Shown here in pieces: positions 1 to 11,472 of a stretch of 64,000 nucleotides of DNA. The DNA comes from Balanoglossus misakiensis. Taxonomy: Eukaryota; Animalia; Hemichordata. Numbering within the stretch: the stretch's first letter is position 1; every line of letters starts with the position of its first letter. Location: positions 332,418 through 396,417 of the forward strand of contig CM082591.2 of assembly GCA_040954595.2 (NCBI GenBank), written 5' to 3'. The notes beneath the pieces were generated by a model that saw nothing but the letters and a program-made list of their open reading frames with translations, had not been told where the DNA came from and searched no databases. Position numbers and translations under genes: made by a program.

Positions 1-1327
1 ATGAGGATGATGAGGATGATGATGAAATGGAAATAATGGATGAGGTATGCTTAGATTTTTATGGCAGTGAATGTTAATATGGGAAGGGGTCGTCGCACCG
101 CTTGGGTGTCTCCCTCAATGAGAAAATATCCTCCCATACCAGCACAAACAATTGTACTTGTCAACATGAAATGTTTTATCAGCTGTACACTTTCCAATTC
201 AGTTTCACAGCTCATGTCTGGCTTACTATGATGCATCAATGGACACTAAACGATTTGTCCTGCAGCCTGGCCTGGGAAGTGGTGAGTACAAGATTTGGGA
301 TTTGTAAAGATAATTATGTGTTTCAAGAACAGATTTGGGGGTGCAAGATCATCTTGCTGATGTCTCAGAGTTACAGGAGCAACTCTTTTGAACCCATACT
401 TTAAGTTTAACCCTTTTACCCCCAGTTCCACCTTTAAAGGTCCAATCTTACCATAGAAAACACTGGGTTTGAACTGAATCATGGTGGTGAAAGGGTTAAA
501 TAATAACAGATTAAGATTTGTTTCAGGAATGGAAGACGAAACCTCACCTGATTCTATCAGTTTACAAGTCAAAAGCTTACTGCCCTTTGAAGTTAAAAAT
601 CTACAGCAGCTAAGGCAACTGCAGTCTTTACAGTCAGAAACATTTCGTTTGAGACAACGGTTGGAAAAAGTGATGGCACAGAAGAATAAAGTTCTGGCAG
701 ACAAGAACGCTGTGGAGAAGAAGTTAACAGAAGCAATGCAGGAAAAGTTGAACTTAGAAATGCAGTATAAAGATGGATTAGAGAAACTTGTAAAAGCTGA
801 AAATGTCGCTTCCACTCAACGTACAGACATCAAATCCCTCAAGAAAAGATTGAAAGATTTAAACCCTAAATACATCAAAGAACTACGATCCAAATTGGAA
901 CAAAAAGACAAAGAAATCGCTGAACTCGAAACTGAATTATCAAAACTAGACGATACTGAAATGACTGAAACTGTTCAACCTGAAGGTGAGATTGAATATT
1001 TTTTCATGTTTTAGTTCATCCACAAGCGATCAATATTGATCTAACTTGTTAATGCATTTACAATCAATATTTTCAGGATCAACAGGAGGAGAAACTGTAT
1101 CCATGGAAACCACATCAACACAACCTGAGGTGCCAAGTGTGCCATCAACAAGCAAAAGCTTATCAGGTAAACATGGTTACATATTGTCGAAATATACGCA
1201 TTGTTTAACCTATTTCATGAACTCTTCTTTGATTTCAAAAATCAGAGTCAAATATTTGCAATTCTAACATACTCTCCATGCATTTTAATACAAGAGGTTT
1301 GCTCTTTGTTCATCTGTAGGTCACTAG
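1..1327 (+). CDS. 3' exons of an unidentified coiled-coil protein gene (exons ~1-44, 527-985, 1077-1166, 1320-1327)
   Basis: GT-AG junctions: tttcag|G at 527, GAAG|gtgag at 985, tttcag|G at 1077, TCAG|gtaaac at 1166, ctgtag|GT CAC TAG stop. The 527-985 exon encodes a heptad-like E/K/L/Q-rich stretch. AATAAA at ~1738. The acidic segment at 1-44 ends in gag|gtatgc, but its connection to the 527 exon is not verified. Confidence 0.6.
411..495. mobile_element. 85-bp MITE (copy 1), CCCTTT termini, TTAA target duplication, piggyBac-like ends
   Basis: ttaa|cccttttacc ... ggtgaaaggg|ttaa; four related copies elsewhere in the window. Confidence 0.85.
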
Positions 1328-3698
1328 TCAATGAGGATACTGGATGGCCGAAGTCCAAAGCCAGGACAAATATTTAAATGACCAAGTCATATCGTGTTCC
1401 ATGGTGACCAGCTGGTGGTGGTGTGTGACACATGCAGTTGAACAATAATTTATAAATACTCAATCAAGATTATAAAGATGGCCAAGTCTTCAGAAAGACG
1501 CTTTGATAATGGCGGACATTCCAAAATCAAAACTATGATAGTATGAACAATTCTTAGAATAATTACTTACCTGCAGACATCAATGTTCATAGCACAATTC
1601 TATAAAATGGATTTGTTTTGCTCACTGAGGTCACACTCAGGTCATCGGCTTCTGAAGTCTTCAAGATCATCCAAGATAGATGTGTATGTTGGTGGTCAAG
1701 GTTCTTGTACAAGTTGCCTTGGGTTTTGGCTGTCAACAATAAAAATTTAAATTAATGCTGTTTTAACACTGGAATCACTGCTTGTTTTGATCATGAAATG
1801 ATCCAAAAAACTTCATCAATTTGGTGTGAAAGATTGTGGTTGTAGTGAGCTATGGTACTCACGTAGCGTTTCCATCAATGACAACAAAAATGTGTATGTA
1901 GTGAGCTGAATGGTATCCTGCTTTGAGAAATCCTATGTACTACGTAATACCAGGGACAGAAATGCTGCTTTGTAAATATAAACAAGTAGATATAAACATT
2001 ATTACCATGAAAAATGTGTCAACAAAATGTACTTTTATAAATCTTTGATATTATATAATTATGCATTAACCACATGTAAATACATCATGAACATGATAAG
2101 AAATTGACCTGACTACAATTATAATTTATGCATAATCTAGTTATACTTGGATATTTTTTTCTTTCAAATTAAAAAAAATGTACCTAGCTAGTAATTGAAG
2201 TAATAAACTTTCTTTGCAATCACTACATCTTCTGAGTACGAATATTAAAAACCGGGGATGTTGATAATGTTTTCCACAGGTGGCAAAAGTGGTTGAAATG
2301 TGCATGACCATGTAAATTGCCAAACACACACAAATCAATTTCGGGGAAGTTTTTTTTTTTACGTTTGGGAGGATTATTTTGAGAAATACGTGTTCCATTT
2401 ATCAGTCACTTCATCTTGTGAATAAAAATAATTCATAAGTGACCAGTATTGGAAAAAATTCTGGTCAATATTTTCAGCAATTTTGGCATGGGGATCGAAG
2501 GAAGCTGCGCCTGCTGTCGTCATCTTCTTTATATTCAAGTAATTTATCTACTTCAAATTGGAATTTGGATGAAGGCTGAACGCAAAATAATTCTCAAAAC
2601 TTACCAGTATATCCTCCGATATCTATTATGTTGTAAATTGTACAGGTTGTGCACTCGATAGTCTAAAATAGTTTTCTTTCAAATATATGAACAAGGGATG
2701 CGCACATACCCACTGCAGTGTACCACCGCCATGACTGGTTTCGACAAAGAACGTAGGGGGCGCAATTTACGAAAAACGTCACTGAAACTAACACATTTTC
2801 TGACCCTTTTTTCGATGTTTTTTTCTCGATAAAAATTACCAAAAGCTATGTATGTTAACTCCAATATATAAGGTGTTAGGCAACTATATCGAAAATGAAC
2901 GTTCTATTATACTTGTGCAGAAATCGGTTATTTTGAGAATTCTATATCAGTTTTATCCTCGAGAAATTCGCGTGAATGAATATGAAACAACGAAAACGCG
3001 ACGTCAAAGGATTTTCAGTTATTTCAAATCACGCGTTGCAAAAAGTCCTCAATTAATACCATCTAGGCCTACTTGGCAAACCAGAACGAACAAAAAATCA
3101 CCACAAAATAGAGACTGATATTGTATACAGCACGGCTGTTATGTTAGAATTATTAATTTTTGATCAGCATGTCACTAATTTGTGAGTTTGTTCATCCCTG
3201 TTGCATCAGTTTGACCTTTAGGCTTAAGGTGAACTGAAACCACAGACACAGATAAATAAACGCGTGTTCAGTGATTGTCCACACACTGGTCAAAGTGACA
3301 CTTTGGAGTGGTGTCGAACAACAGAGAAGATTGTCAGCCGCTGGATTGGAACATAAATTGGCAGGGTAAGTTTGTCATGCGTAGAATTGTCATTATACGA
3401 CGATATGGAAGAATCGCATGTAATAAAACATAAAGTTTACAATCTGCGATGGGACTACGCTGGTAGCGACAGAAATATTCGAAGTTATAAAGTCACGCCA
3501 AATAGTTTGCATCTACAATGTAATCTTTGTCGTAGAGTAAAGTTCGCCACACATACGAAACTTGATAAAAGTGTGAAATATTGCAGACATCGCGCGTACA
3601 GATATCACTTTAGAATGATTAACATTTGTAATTGAAAGGTAGAAAAATCCACTTATAATTTGCCGTAAACAAAATATACATAACTTAATTTCAGAACG

Positions 3699-6600
3699 AT
3701 GTCAGAGAAGAAGAACATAGACACACAGGTGGTCCAACCACTGATGGCAAATGGGACGGCCAAAAAAGATGGCGACTCCGCCACCCAACCGATGGACGAT
3801 TCGTATGATACTAAATGTGGAATTGGTAGTTTTCGACCTCAATGGCTTCAGCGATTCGCATCTATTAGAATAATGTTCGCCTTATTGGCTCTTACTGTTC
3901 TATCGTTTTCTTTTGCCATGAGTGTTTCTATAGTCGGAATCTCGAATTTACAAAAACGATACGGTTTATCAAGTAGTTTTATGGGTCTGTACCACACCAT
4001 CAAGGATGTAGCCGAAATCTTTTCTATTATTGTGGTCACATATTTCGGGGGTAGACCTGGTTGTCACAAACCACGTTGGATCGCTGGCGGGCTACTTATT
4101 TGCTCTCTAGGATTTTTCACGAAATCGATGACTCAGTTTCTTTCTGACCCCTACGACTATGCCTCTCTCGAAGTCAACAACGACACGCATTCTTTAGAGG
4201 TGTGTGGTGCAGACAGAGATCTGGATCACACAAAGAAATATCAAGATGGTGACACTGTTTCCTGTGAAGTCAACTTCTTATCCTCTGTCATACCAAAAGG
4301 ATCGGAAGTTGTTATTCTAATGTTACTCGGCAACATAATACTTGGACTTGGCAACACTCCAATGTTCACACTTGCTATAGCCTATATCGACGATAATGTA
4401 CCGAAAGAAAAATCTCCAATGTATACAGGTGAGTTTCGTCCACAACAAGCCCGCGTTTAAAAAAAAACATGTTTCGGATTCTCTCTCAGAGTCAGTGCTT
4501 GACGCTTTCAAACTAAGGAATTGGTAAAGTTTATCACGAAAGTGAAGGAAATGCGAAATATCTGCTTCTTTAGAATACTGGTTTCCCAATACAGCACAAT
4601 TTCACTTGATATTGTTTCCAAGTCGAATCAATCTTCTCCATTTCTTTCCAGGAACATTCTTTGCTCTGTTTGGTATTGGTCCAATCATCGGAATGCCGAT
4701 GGCTTCCTACTTCACGAATCTTTACGTCGATTTCTACCGAGTTGATTCGGAAGATGTGGACATCAACCCAGGTGATCCACGTTGGGTCGGTGCTTGGTGG
4801 CTAGGGTACTTAATACTCTCAATTCCCGTCATGCTTCTCGCTTTAATGGTGGGCCTTGTGCCCAAAGAAATGCCGGACAAGACGGGTTCAAGTGATGGCG
4901 ATTCTTTGAGTAAAGAAAAATTGGAAGCCGAGAGACAAATCACCATGGAAACGAGTCAGACAGCGGAGAAAAGATGGCAAGGTACGTATAACACTCGATA
5001 TGTCCATTGAAGACTATAGTATCAACAGTTTCTAAAGTGGGAAGATTGTCGATTTTCTACCTGATTTTAGCAAACAACTGGTTTTAATTACGGGCTTGAT
5101 TTTATCATATTTCATTTGTAAGTTCACTTACATAATATTTATGATGCATTATACTTATTCAATTTTAGATTTTCCTAAGGCACTGAAAAGAATATGCACC
5201 AATTTAACGTTGATGGCGGTGATATTTGCAAGAGCTGCCATGATGGCCAATCAGGGAGTCATAGTGTTTATCGTCAAATTCACCGAAGAACAGTTTCGCG
5301 TTACCACGGCAATATCTGGCGTAGTAGGTAAATATACCAAGTTGAGGGATTGCTTTTACGTTCATGATAGCACTATTGTATGCAGTTAAAAACTTTGTGA
5401 TTATAAGATCTAGAAAATAGCCCGAAAATGTTTACTTTTCACTACAAGTTTTTCAGTTTTATGCATTTCATTTTTGCAGTTGCAAGTATGATATTTAGTG
5501 CGTGTACCGGATTTTTTATCGGAGGCGTTGTACTAAGACGTTGGAAACCAACTCTGGTGAAAATGGCCGCCTTTATGGTAATTCTTGACCTGCTTTCCGT
5601 CTGCGCACCAATTGCGCAAATGAAATTAGGGTGTGACACCGCAGAATTCGCAGGAGTAAACACGCCGTATGTCGGCAGGTAAGTAAAAAAAATGTTTTTT
5701 TTGGTTTTTTTTTGGGGGGGGGGCAGACAAAATATGCATACGCACATACATTGACACGGACACAATGTTGGCCAAGTGGAACACTTGAAAGCTGAAGAGA
5801 CATATACCAAAGAAAATTACAGGTGGTGAGGTCACACAGGAGTCAAACAAATGACCATCGACAAGAAGAAAATATCAGAGAACTCTGCACATGCACTGTA
5901 TAGGGTTGAAATATCGCCTCTCAATTGTTGAAAATTCGAGTGCGTCATTAAAGTCATGCGCGTATTATCTTGTTGATGTCACTCAATTGAAATGTCATTG
6001 ATAACCTTCTGGCGATTCCTATCAAATGTTTTCAGCACCATAGAGGCACCTGCGCTTCAGATCAAAGACCTCAACGCGACTTGCAACGCTCATTGTGAAT
6101 GCTCGGAATATTACAATCCTGTCTGTGGATCTGATCACGTTAATTATTATTCGCCATGCCACGCGGGTTGCAAGATTGCCAAAGACTCAAAGGTAGGTAA
6201 CACCAGAAAAGTTTAATGACCTCCCTTAGTACCAGTGATTCAACTATCCATTGAGCGTACAGGGGCGTCAACATCATATTGATGTACTCATATTCATAAA
6301 ATTAATAAAATTTGATGCTTTGACGCAGTTTTATAAAAATTGGTAGTATTAAAATCTATAGGATCTTTATATGCCCTATAAAGATCTTGGACGAAAAGGA
6401 CGATGTAATTAACCTTTACTCTCCTCCTGCTGTTATCATTACATTGTCTAATATGGTGCGAAAACTGTTGGAGTTTGCAGCTGGCGACAAACAGTGGGCC
6501 TTGAGCTTTGTAACATCATTAATCAATGGTGGTACAACATTTATTCAGAAATTAGGCAATTGTCGGAAGAGATATCGCAGGATTGTTTTCAAGGCCTCGC

Positions 6601-7853
6601 CAATAGGGCAACGGCCTTTCGAAATGTTTGCCTCTAAGAACAAATATTTTCGTGTTTTTTCTCATATGCCTTCACTCAAACCTGAATCAATTTTGTTTAA
6701 CTATAATTTGATGAGAGACTGGATATTGATATTATTTTCCCCGTTTGTTAAAACATCAATGAACGTACTGAAGAATTTTACCAGTTGTGGGTGCGTGTTA
6801 CGCTATGAAGAAATGGATGAAGGCATTCACGCTATAGAGGGCGATGTGTATGCTGAAATTTGCGGCAAGTCCTGCTTTGATGAATTGCTTTGGTATGCTT
6901 CTGTGACGTTTGTATTCTCTGGTCTGGCGGCGATGAGTATGATGGCCGAATTGACCCTTACACTAAGATGCGTTGCCCCAGCTGATAAACCATTCGCTTT
7001 GGGAGTAAGAAGCTTCGTTGCTCAACTCTTTGGTAAGTAACTTATCACGTGTTATACAATGACACTATACTGACGTTAGCTCTGTGTACTTATTTCCAAA
7101 CTTCTCAGTTTTAACAACATTCCACAAACATCAGCAATTGTCTAAAATTTAGCGCTTTTCGTCAGACCTGTATCCGTCGCTTTGCCCTATGAATAATAGC
7201 AAGTTATTTATGAAGGTGGTGTACTCACATATCCCCAGGTAAACATTTCACATTCCAGGAAGTCGACCAGAACTCCATAAAGCCAGGCTACAACCGCAAT
7301 TGTCGACTGTATGGTTCTACAACACAAATACCACTCAGGTCGAATCCAATCTCGTCGATGTGGAGCGTTTTGACGTGATAACAAGAGCTCACACTGCAGT
7401 CAACCGCGGCGAGGCGAAGACTGAGGCAACATGCGTGTTTCGCACGGTCGAAATAAATAATTCATTACCACCTGGTCCACCACAGGTGTGTCCACCTGGT
7501 GACATCTTAACATGTATTTCTCATTTGTGTTAGGTACCCTGCCATCTCCTCTATACACTGGAGCGGCCATAGACTCAGCGTGTATATTATGGGGCAAGAC
7601 AAAATGTGGTGACCGAGGAGCATGTCTGATCTATGATCTTCCGGATTACAGATTCAAGTTCATGGGATTAATGGTTTTATTTCGATCGATTACTATTGTC
7701 TTATATGTGGTCGCGTTGTTGTCGCTGTATAGGAACCCGGATCCAGGAAAAAATCAACAAAGTAATGAAGAAAAATCAAAAGAAGAGACTCTGATAAGAG
7801 ACGATGATGATGATGGACAATATATGATTCAACAGATGGTTACTAGTCTTTAG
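3699..7853 (+). CDS. Organic anion transporting polypeptide (OATP/SLCO family). Exons 3699-4428, 4652-4981, 5169-5327, 5480-5678, 6036-6192, ~6774-7032, 7534-7853
   Basis: OATP motifs: [29 protein letters not shown], the [12 protein letters not shown] signature, a Kazal-like loop ([24 protein letters not shown]) and [24 protein letters not shown] junctions at the listed boundaries; the 6774 acceptor is the least certain. Probable 5'UTR intron ~3366-3694. Confidence 0.95.
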
Positions 7854-8151
7854 CCTAGTGGCACGGTAGATAGACGGATGAAGTGTACGTTTGTGTTTGC
7901 GTTTTGAAATTTTACAGTCATTTACATTACATGTATCTTAATGATTTTTCACTTAAATTGTTATTTTTCTGGAGACATTTTCTAGGGTAACACGAAAAAT
8001 ATAACTATACTCGGAATAAAATCTTGTGAGATTGACTGCTGCAACTAAATTCGGTGCCAATATTACATCTCTGTGAGAAGAATGTACTTTTTGAAATGTT
8101 AAATTTCGTCTGAATATTAAAAATGGTGTCAAGTTCGAAAGTCAAAGTCAT

Positions 8152-11100
8152 TCAGTGGCCAGCACCCTCCGCATTCATTTGGTGGCTGCTCCGTGCGACT
8201 CCAGCGGCAGTGCCTTCTTCGTCCTTCCATTTGACCTTTCTATGTCTTCTCCTTGGGTACCTGTAGATATCCGCTCTATATGTCAGCTGTCCCAAGGCAC
8301 CAGCCAAAAAGCCCAAAGCCATCCTTCCGGCAAATCCCAGAACAACGCCTCCAACCACGGCGCCGAGTATTGGAACAGGGATCAAAAGTTGTCCTAAGAT
8401 AGCGCCTCCAACTGATCCAGCCACTCCACCAATAAATTTGCCAGCCATTTGCCACTGTTCGGTATTGATTTGTCTCCATTCGTCAATTGAAAGGACGGCC
8501 TGGTTTGTCTTCCCTTTGATTCGGACAATGTTAACTGCCAAGTATAAACTTTCTGTTGCAACTGCACTGGCCGCCGCAACAGCTCCTGTAACAGCAAGAC
8601 TTACCAGAGACGCATGAGCAAAACCACGGATGAAAATGTGAGACAATCCTTTGAGTGAGAACCTTTCAACGGCACTGCCAAAAGTGTGTGCCACAAGGGT
8701 CATCCCATCTTGGAATGCCAGGAGAAATGGTCGAGCCTCTTGTACGTGTTCTGCGGTTGCTTCTTTCGTTTCCTCGGCATTTCCCATATCACCATGGTTA
8801 CTAGTACCCGTTTTACACCATGTTACAAAATGTTCATTGGTGTTTTTCGTAGAGGAGTATTCACACTGGCCGATCGTTGACTTCGCTTTATTGATAACAC
8901 TTTCTGGATCAACCTCTCTGTTGTATAAAACTCGGAACATTCTTTCTTTTCTCCACTTAAGTTGTAGTTTCTCTTCAACCACCTTTCCAAGACTTCCACT
9001 TGTAGTGTTTGACTTGTAATGAATCACCCCAACGTCGTTGTCTTCTTCACAATCTTCGACAGCGAGGAAATGATGATAACAAAGATCTCTTCTACGCTCA
9101 ATGAAATAATGGCACCCTCTCTTGATATCTGTGTTCTTCAGAACACGTACATTAGAAAACATGGCTCCCTGACAACGCCTGACAAACTGTTGGCAATTCC
9201 CAAATTTTGTAGATGGCGTTTCAGCGTTTAGCAGAAGATGCGCCATTTCCATAACTATGTTTCGATCGATGGCGATTCTGTGTTCGCCTCCGTGAATGAC
9301 CCTGTAGACGTCGTGTTTCTTGAAGTCAAGATGCATTGTCTCGGCAGTCACAGTTTTGTGGTGCAATTTGGCGTCACCATGGCGATGGAGAAGAAAATCG
9401 CAATCGCAGAAATGTATAACAGCAACTCGATCGCTGACGTCTTGAATCGACAGCATATGATGGATCTGGACTTTACCACGATTGACCTTCACGACGAGTA
9501 TGTGATCACCAAACTTAATCTCATTGACAAGCTTTATTTCTTCTAAGATTTCTGTCTCTGATTTGCACCACTGGACGAAATGTTCGTTGCTGTTCTTATC
9601 CATTGAATACATACTCCTGCCAAGATGGCTGACTGCCTTGAGTGAGATCTTACTTGGATCTCTACAAACATCCTCGTCATAATAATCATCATGTAGCCTG
9701 TACACTGTGTGTCTCTCTGTATCAACTGTTATTTCTTCTTCCGTCACCGTATTAGCTGTGTAGTGGATGATAGACACACCTCTTCCTGGTGAATTGTCGA
9801 CTGCGATTGAATGATGATTCTTAACGCCTCGATAGTTCTCTATTACGATGTGGTCACCTTTCTGCACTTCAACCAGGCTGCGCAGGCGTTCTTTGTGGCT
9901 GCTTCTGTTCTTGCACCAGAACACGAAGTGTTTACTGCTCTTCCATTCAGTGGAACAGTAATCTTTGACTCCAACTTGTCTCCTTGCCTGGATGATGACT
10001 TCATCGACATCTACGAGATCTTCTTCGCAGTCGTCATAAAACTGGAATAAGTTATCCTTGTATGGATTGATGGACATCTTCTCTTCCATCACTTTCCCAC
10101 CCGAGTAATGGATACATTTAATGGCGTCTTCCCAACTGCCATCCTCCACAGCCAACAGGTGACAATTCCTTGGGAATCTCTCAATAATCAGATGGGCTCC
10201 TCTTTTCACAGTCGCCAGTCTCAGGATTCTTTCTTTATGCCCTGTATAATTCTTGCACCAGTTGACAAAGTGTTCACAATTATTAAAGTCGGTGCTGTAC
10301 TTGCGTTCTCCGAGTTGTCGCCTAGCTTTTTCTATTATCTTGTCAGTGTTTGTCAGAACAAACAAAATATCACTGTCGTCAACATACCCAGTTTCTTCAT
10401 CAGGTGCAACGCCAGCATAAACATCCGCATCGTTATCACTCTCAATAGCCCCACAACGAACATCGTCACCTTCGCCACCAATGACGTCTTCATCATCCAC
10501 GGTTTCATCGCCAACGGCACCTTCATCAACACAGTTCCTTTCAATAATCCTGAAAATATCATTTTCTTCGGGATCTAGCATTACATGTTCCTCAACTACT
10601 CGCCCTCTTGTGTAATGAATCACACAAACTGTGTTGCCATGGAGACCGTTTTCAACAGCAAGAGAATGGTGAATGTGAAATCTCTTGTCTTTTCTGTAGA
10701 TGAGATGGTCTCCTTTTACGATGTCAGTCACCTTGGAGATGCGTTCTTTGTACCTCGTTTCCTGATGGCACCAATCAACAAAGCTTTGACAGTTTTTCTT
10801 CTCTAGAGTGTATTTCCTGAGACCGACCTGGTGTTCTGCTTTTGCTATGACGTCATCTACGTTTCTTTTCAGGGTTCCAGTTTGGTTGTTAAGGCGGAAG
10901 ACAAGTTTGATATCTGGTTGAATAGAAATAGTTTCCTTGACAACTTCTCCAAATACCTTCGGACAGCTGTTAAAATGAACAATAGTCACCGTATTGTCCC
11001 TTTTCCCGTCTTCAACAGCCAAACAATGGTGATAATGAAGACCTTTGAACTGTCTGAACATGATATGGTCTCCTCTTTGTATCTCGGCTGCACTCAAAAT

Positions 11101-11472
11101 ACGTTCTGTGGGGTTCTTCTCGGCAATACACCAGTTTACAAAACTCTCGCAGTTGTTGTCTTCAGGTGAAAACTTCCCTCGGTCGACATATTTCTCTGCC
11201 TTTTCCAAAACTTCCTCCACTGTTGTCCCTGTGGGTCTGTCTCTTATCCTGTACACAGGAGACTTTTTTGGTGACAGGTTGATTGTTTCCTTGGTAACAT
11301 TACCACGATTCTGTCCCAACGATTTATAATGAATAACACAGACCTTGTTTCCGTTGACGCCATTTTCAGTTGCTAGGAGATGATGCTGATGACGTGTCAG
11401 ATATTTCGAAATGACAAGATGGTCACCTCGTTCTATGGCAGTCATAGAATATATGCGTTCCTTCTTTGCCAT
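8152..11472 (-). CDS. 1106-aa protein, coding sequence uninterrupted: seven tandem LRAT/PLAAT-like (permuted NlpC/P60) domains plus a C-terminal hydrophobic glycine zipper
   Basis: Seven repeats of GDH-like...HH-like...(I/V)H(Y/F)...NCEHF-like motifs (NCESFVNWC, NCQSFVDWC, NCEHFVNWC, SSKHFVFWC, SNEHFVQWC, NCQQFVRRC, TNEHFVTWC). C-terminal GGVAGSVGGAILGQLLIPVPILGAVVGGVVLG. Splice-acceptor-like tctttacag just before the ATG and a gtaagt donor at ~12600 suggest a 5'UTR intron. Confidence 0.9.
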   Translation of the reverse strand: MAKKERIYSMTAIERGDHLVISKYLTRHQHHLLATENGVNGNKVCVIHYKSLGQNRGNVTKETINLSPKKSPVYRIRDRPTGTTVEEVLEKAEKYVDRGKFSPEDNNCESFVNWCIAEKNPTERILSAAEIQRGDHIMFRQFKGLHYHHCLAVEDGKRDNTVTIVHFNSCPKVFGEVVKETISIQPDIKLVFRLNNQTGTLKRNVDDVIAKAEHQVGLRKYTLEKKNCQSFVDWCHQETRYKERISKVTDIVKGDHLIYRKDKRFHIHHSLAVENGLHGNTVCVIHYTRGRVVEEHVMLDPEENDIFRIIERNCVDEGAVGDETVDDEDVIGGEGDDVRCGAIESDNDADVYAGVAPDEETGYVDDSDILFVLTNTDKIIEKARRQLGERKYSTDFNNCEHFVNWCKNYTGHKERILRLATVKRGAHLIIERFPRNCHLLAVEDGSWEDAIKCIHYSGGKVMEEKMSINPYKDNLFQFYDDCEEDLVDVDEVIIQARRQVGVKDYCSTEWKSSKHFVFWCKNRSSHKERLRSLVEVQKGDHIVIENYRGVKNHHSIAVDNSPGRGVSIIHYTANTVTEEEITVDTERHTVYRLHDDYYDEDVCRDPSKISLKAVSHLGRSMYSMDKNSNEHFVQWCKSETEILEEIKLVNEIKFGDHILVVKVNRGKVQIHHMLSIQDVSDRVAVIHFCDCDFLLHRHGDAKLHHKTVTAETMHLDFKKHDVYRVIHGGEHRIAIDRNIVMEMAHLLLNAETPSTKFGNCQQFVRRCQGAMFSNVRVLKNTDIKRGCHYFIERRRDLCYHHFLAVEDCEEDNDVGVIHYKSNTTSGSLGKVVEEKLQLKWRKERMFRVLYNREVDPESVINKAKSTIGQCEYSSTKNTNEHFVTWCKTGTSNHGDMGNAEETKEATAEHVQEARPFLLAFQDGMTLVAHTFGSAVERFSLKGLSHIFIRGFAHASLVSLAVTGAVAAASAVATESLYLAVNIVRIKGKTNQAVLSIDEWRQINTEQWQMAGKFIGGVAGSVGGAILGQLLIPVPILGAVVGGVVLGFAGRMALGFLAGALGQLTYRADIYRYPRRRHRKVKWKDEEGTAAGVARSSHQMNAEGAGH

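Noticed and set aside
1850-3150. Possible decayed DNA transposon between the first two genes (similar stretches at ~34-35 kb and ~42.6-43.3 kb)
   Set aside because: Could not define matching TIRs, TSDs or a transposase remnant by eye
8155-11329. Multiple plus-strand ORFs overlapping the LRAT gene
   Set aside because: Antisense shadows of a long coding sequence, with no motifs
8152-11472. Horizontal or viral origin of the uninterrupted LRAT ORF
   Set aside because: No flanking mobile-element hallmarks, composition similar to neighbouring exons, and a probable 5'UTR intron; not supportable without a phylogeny
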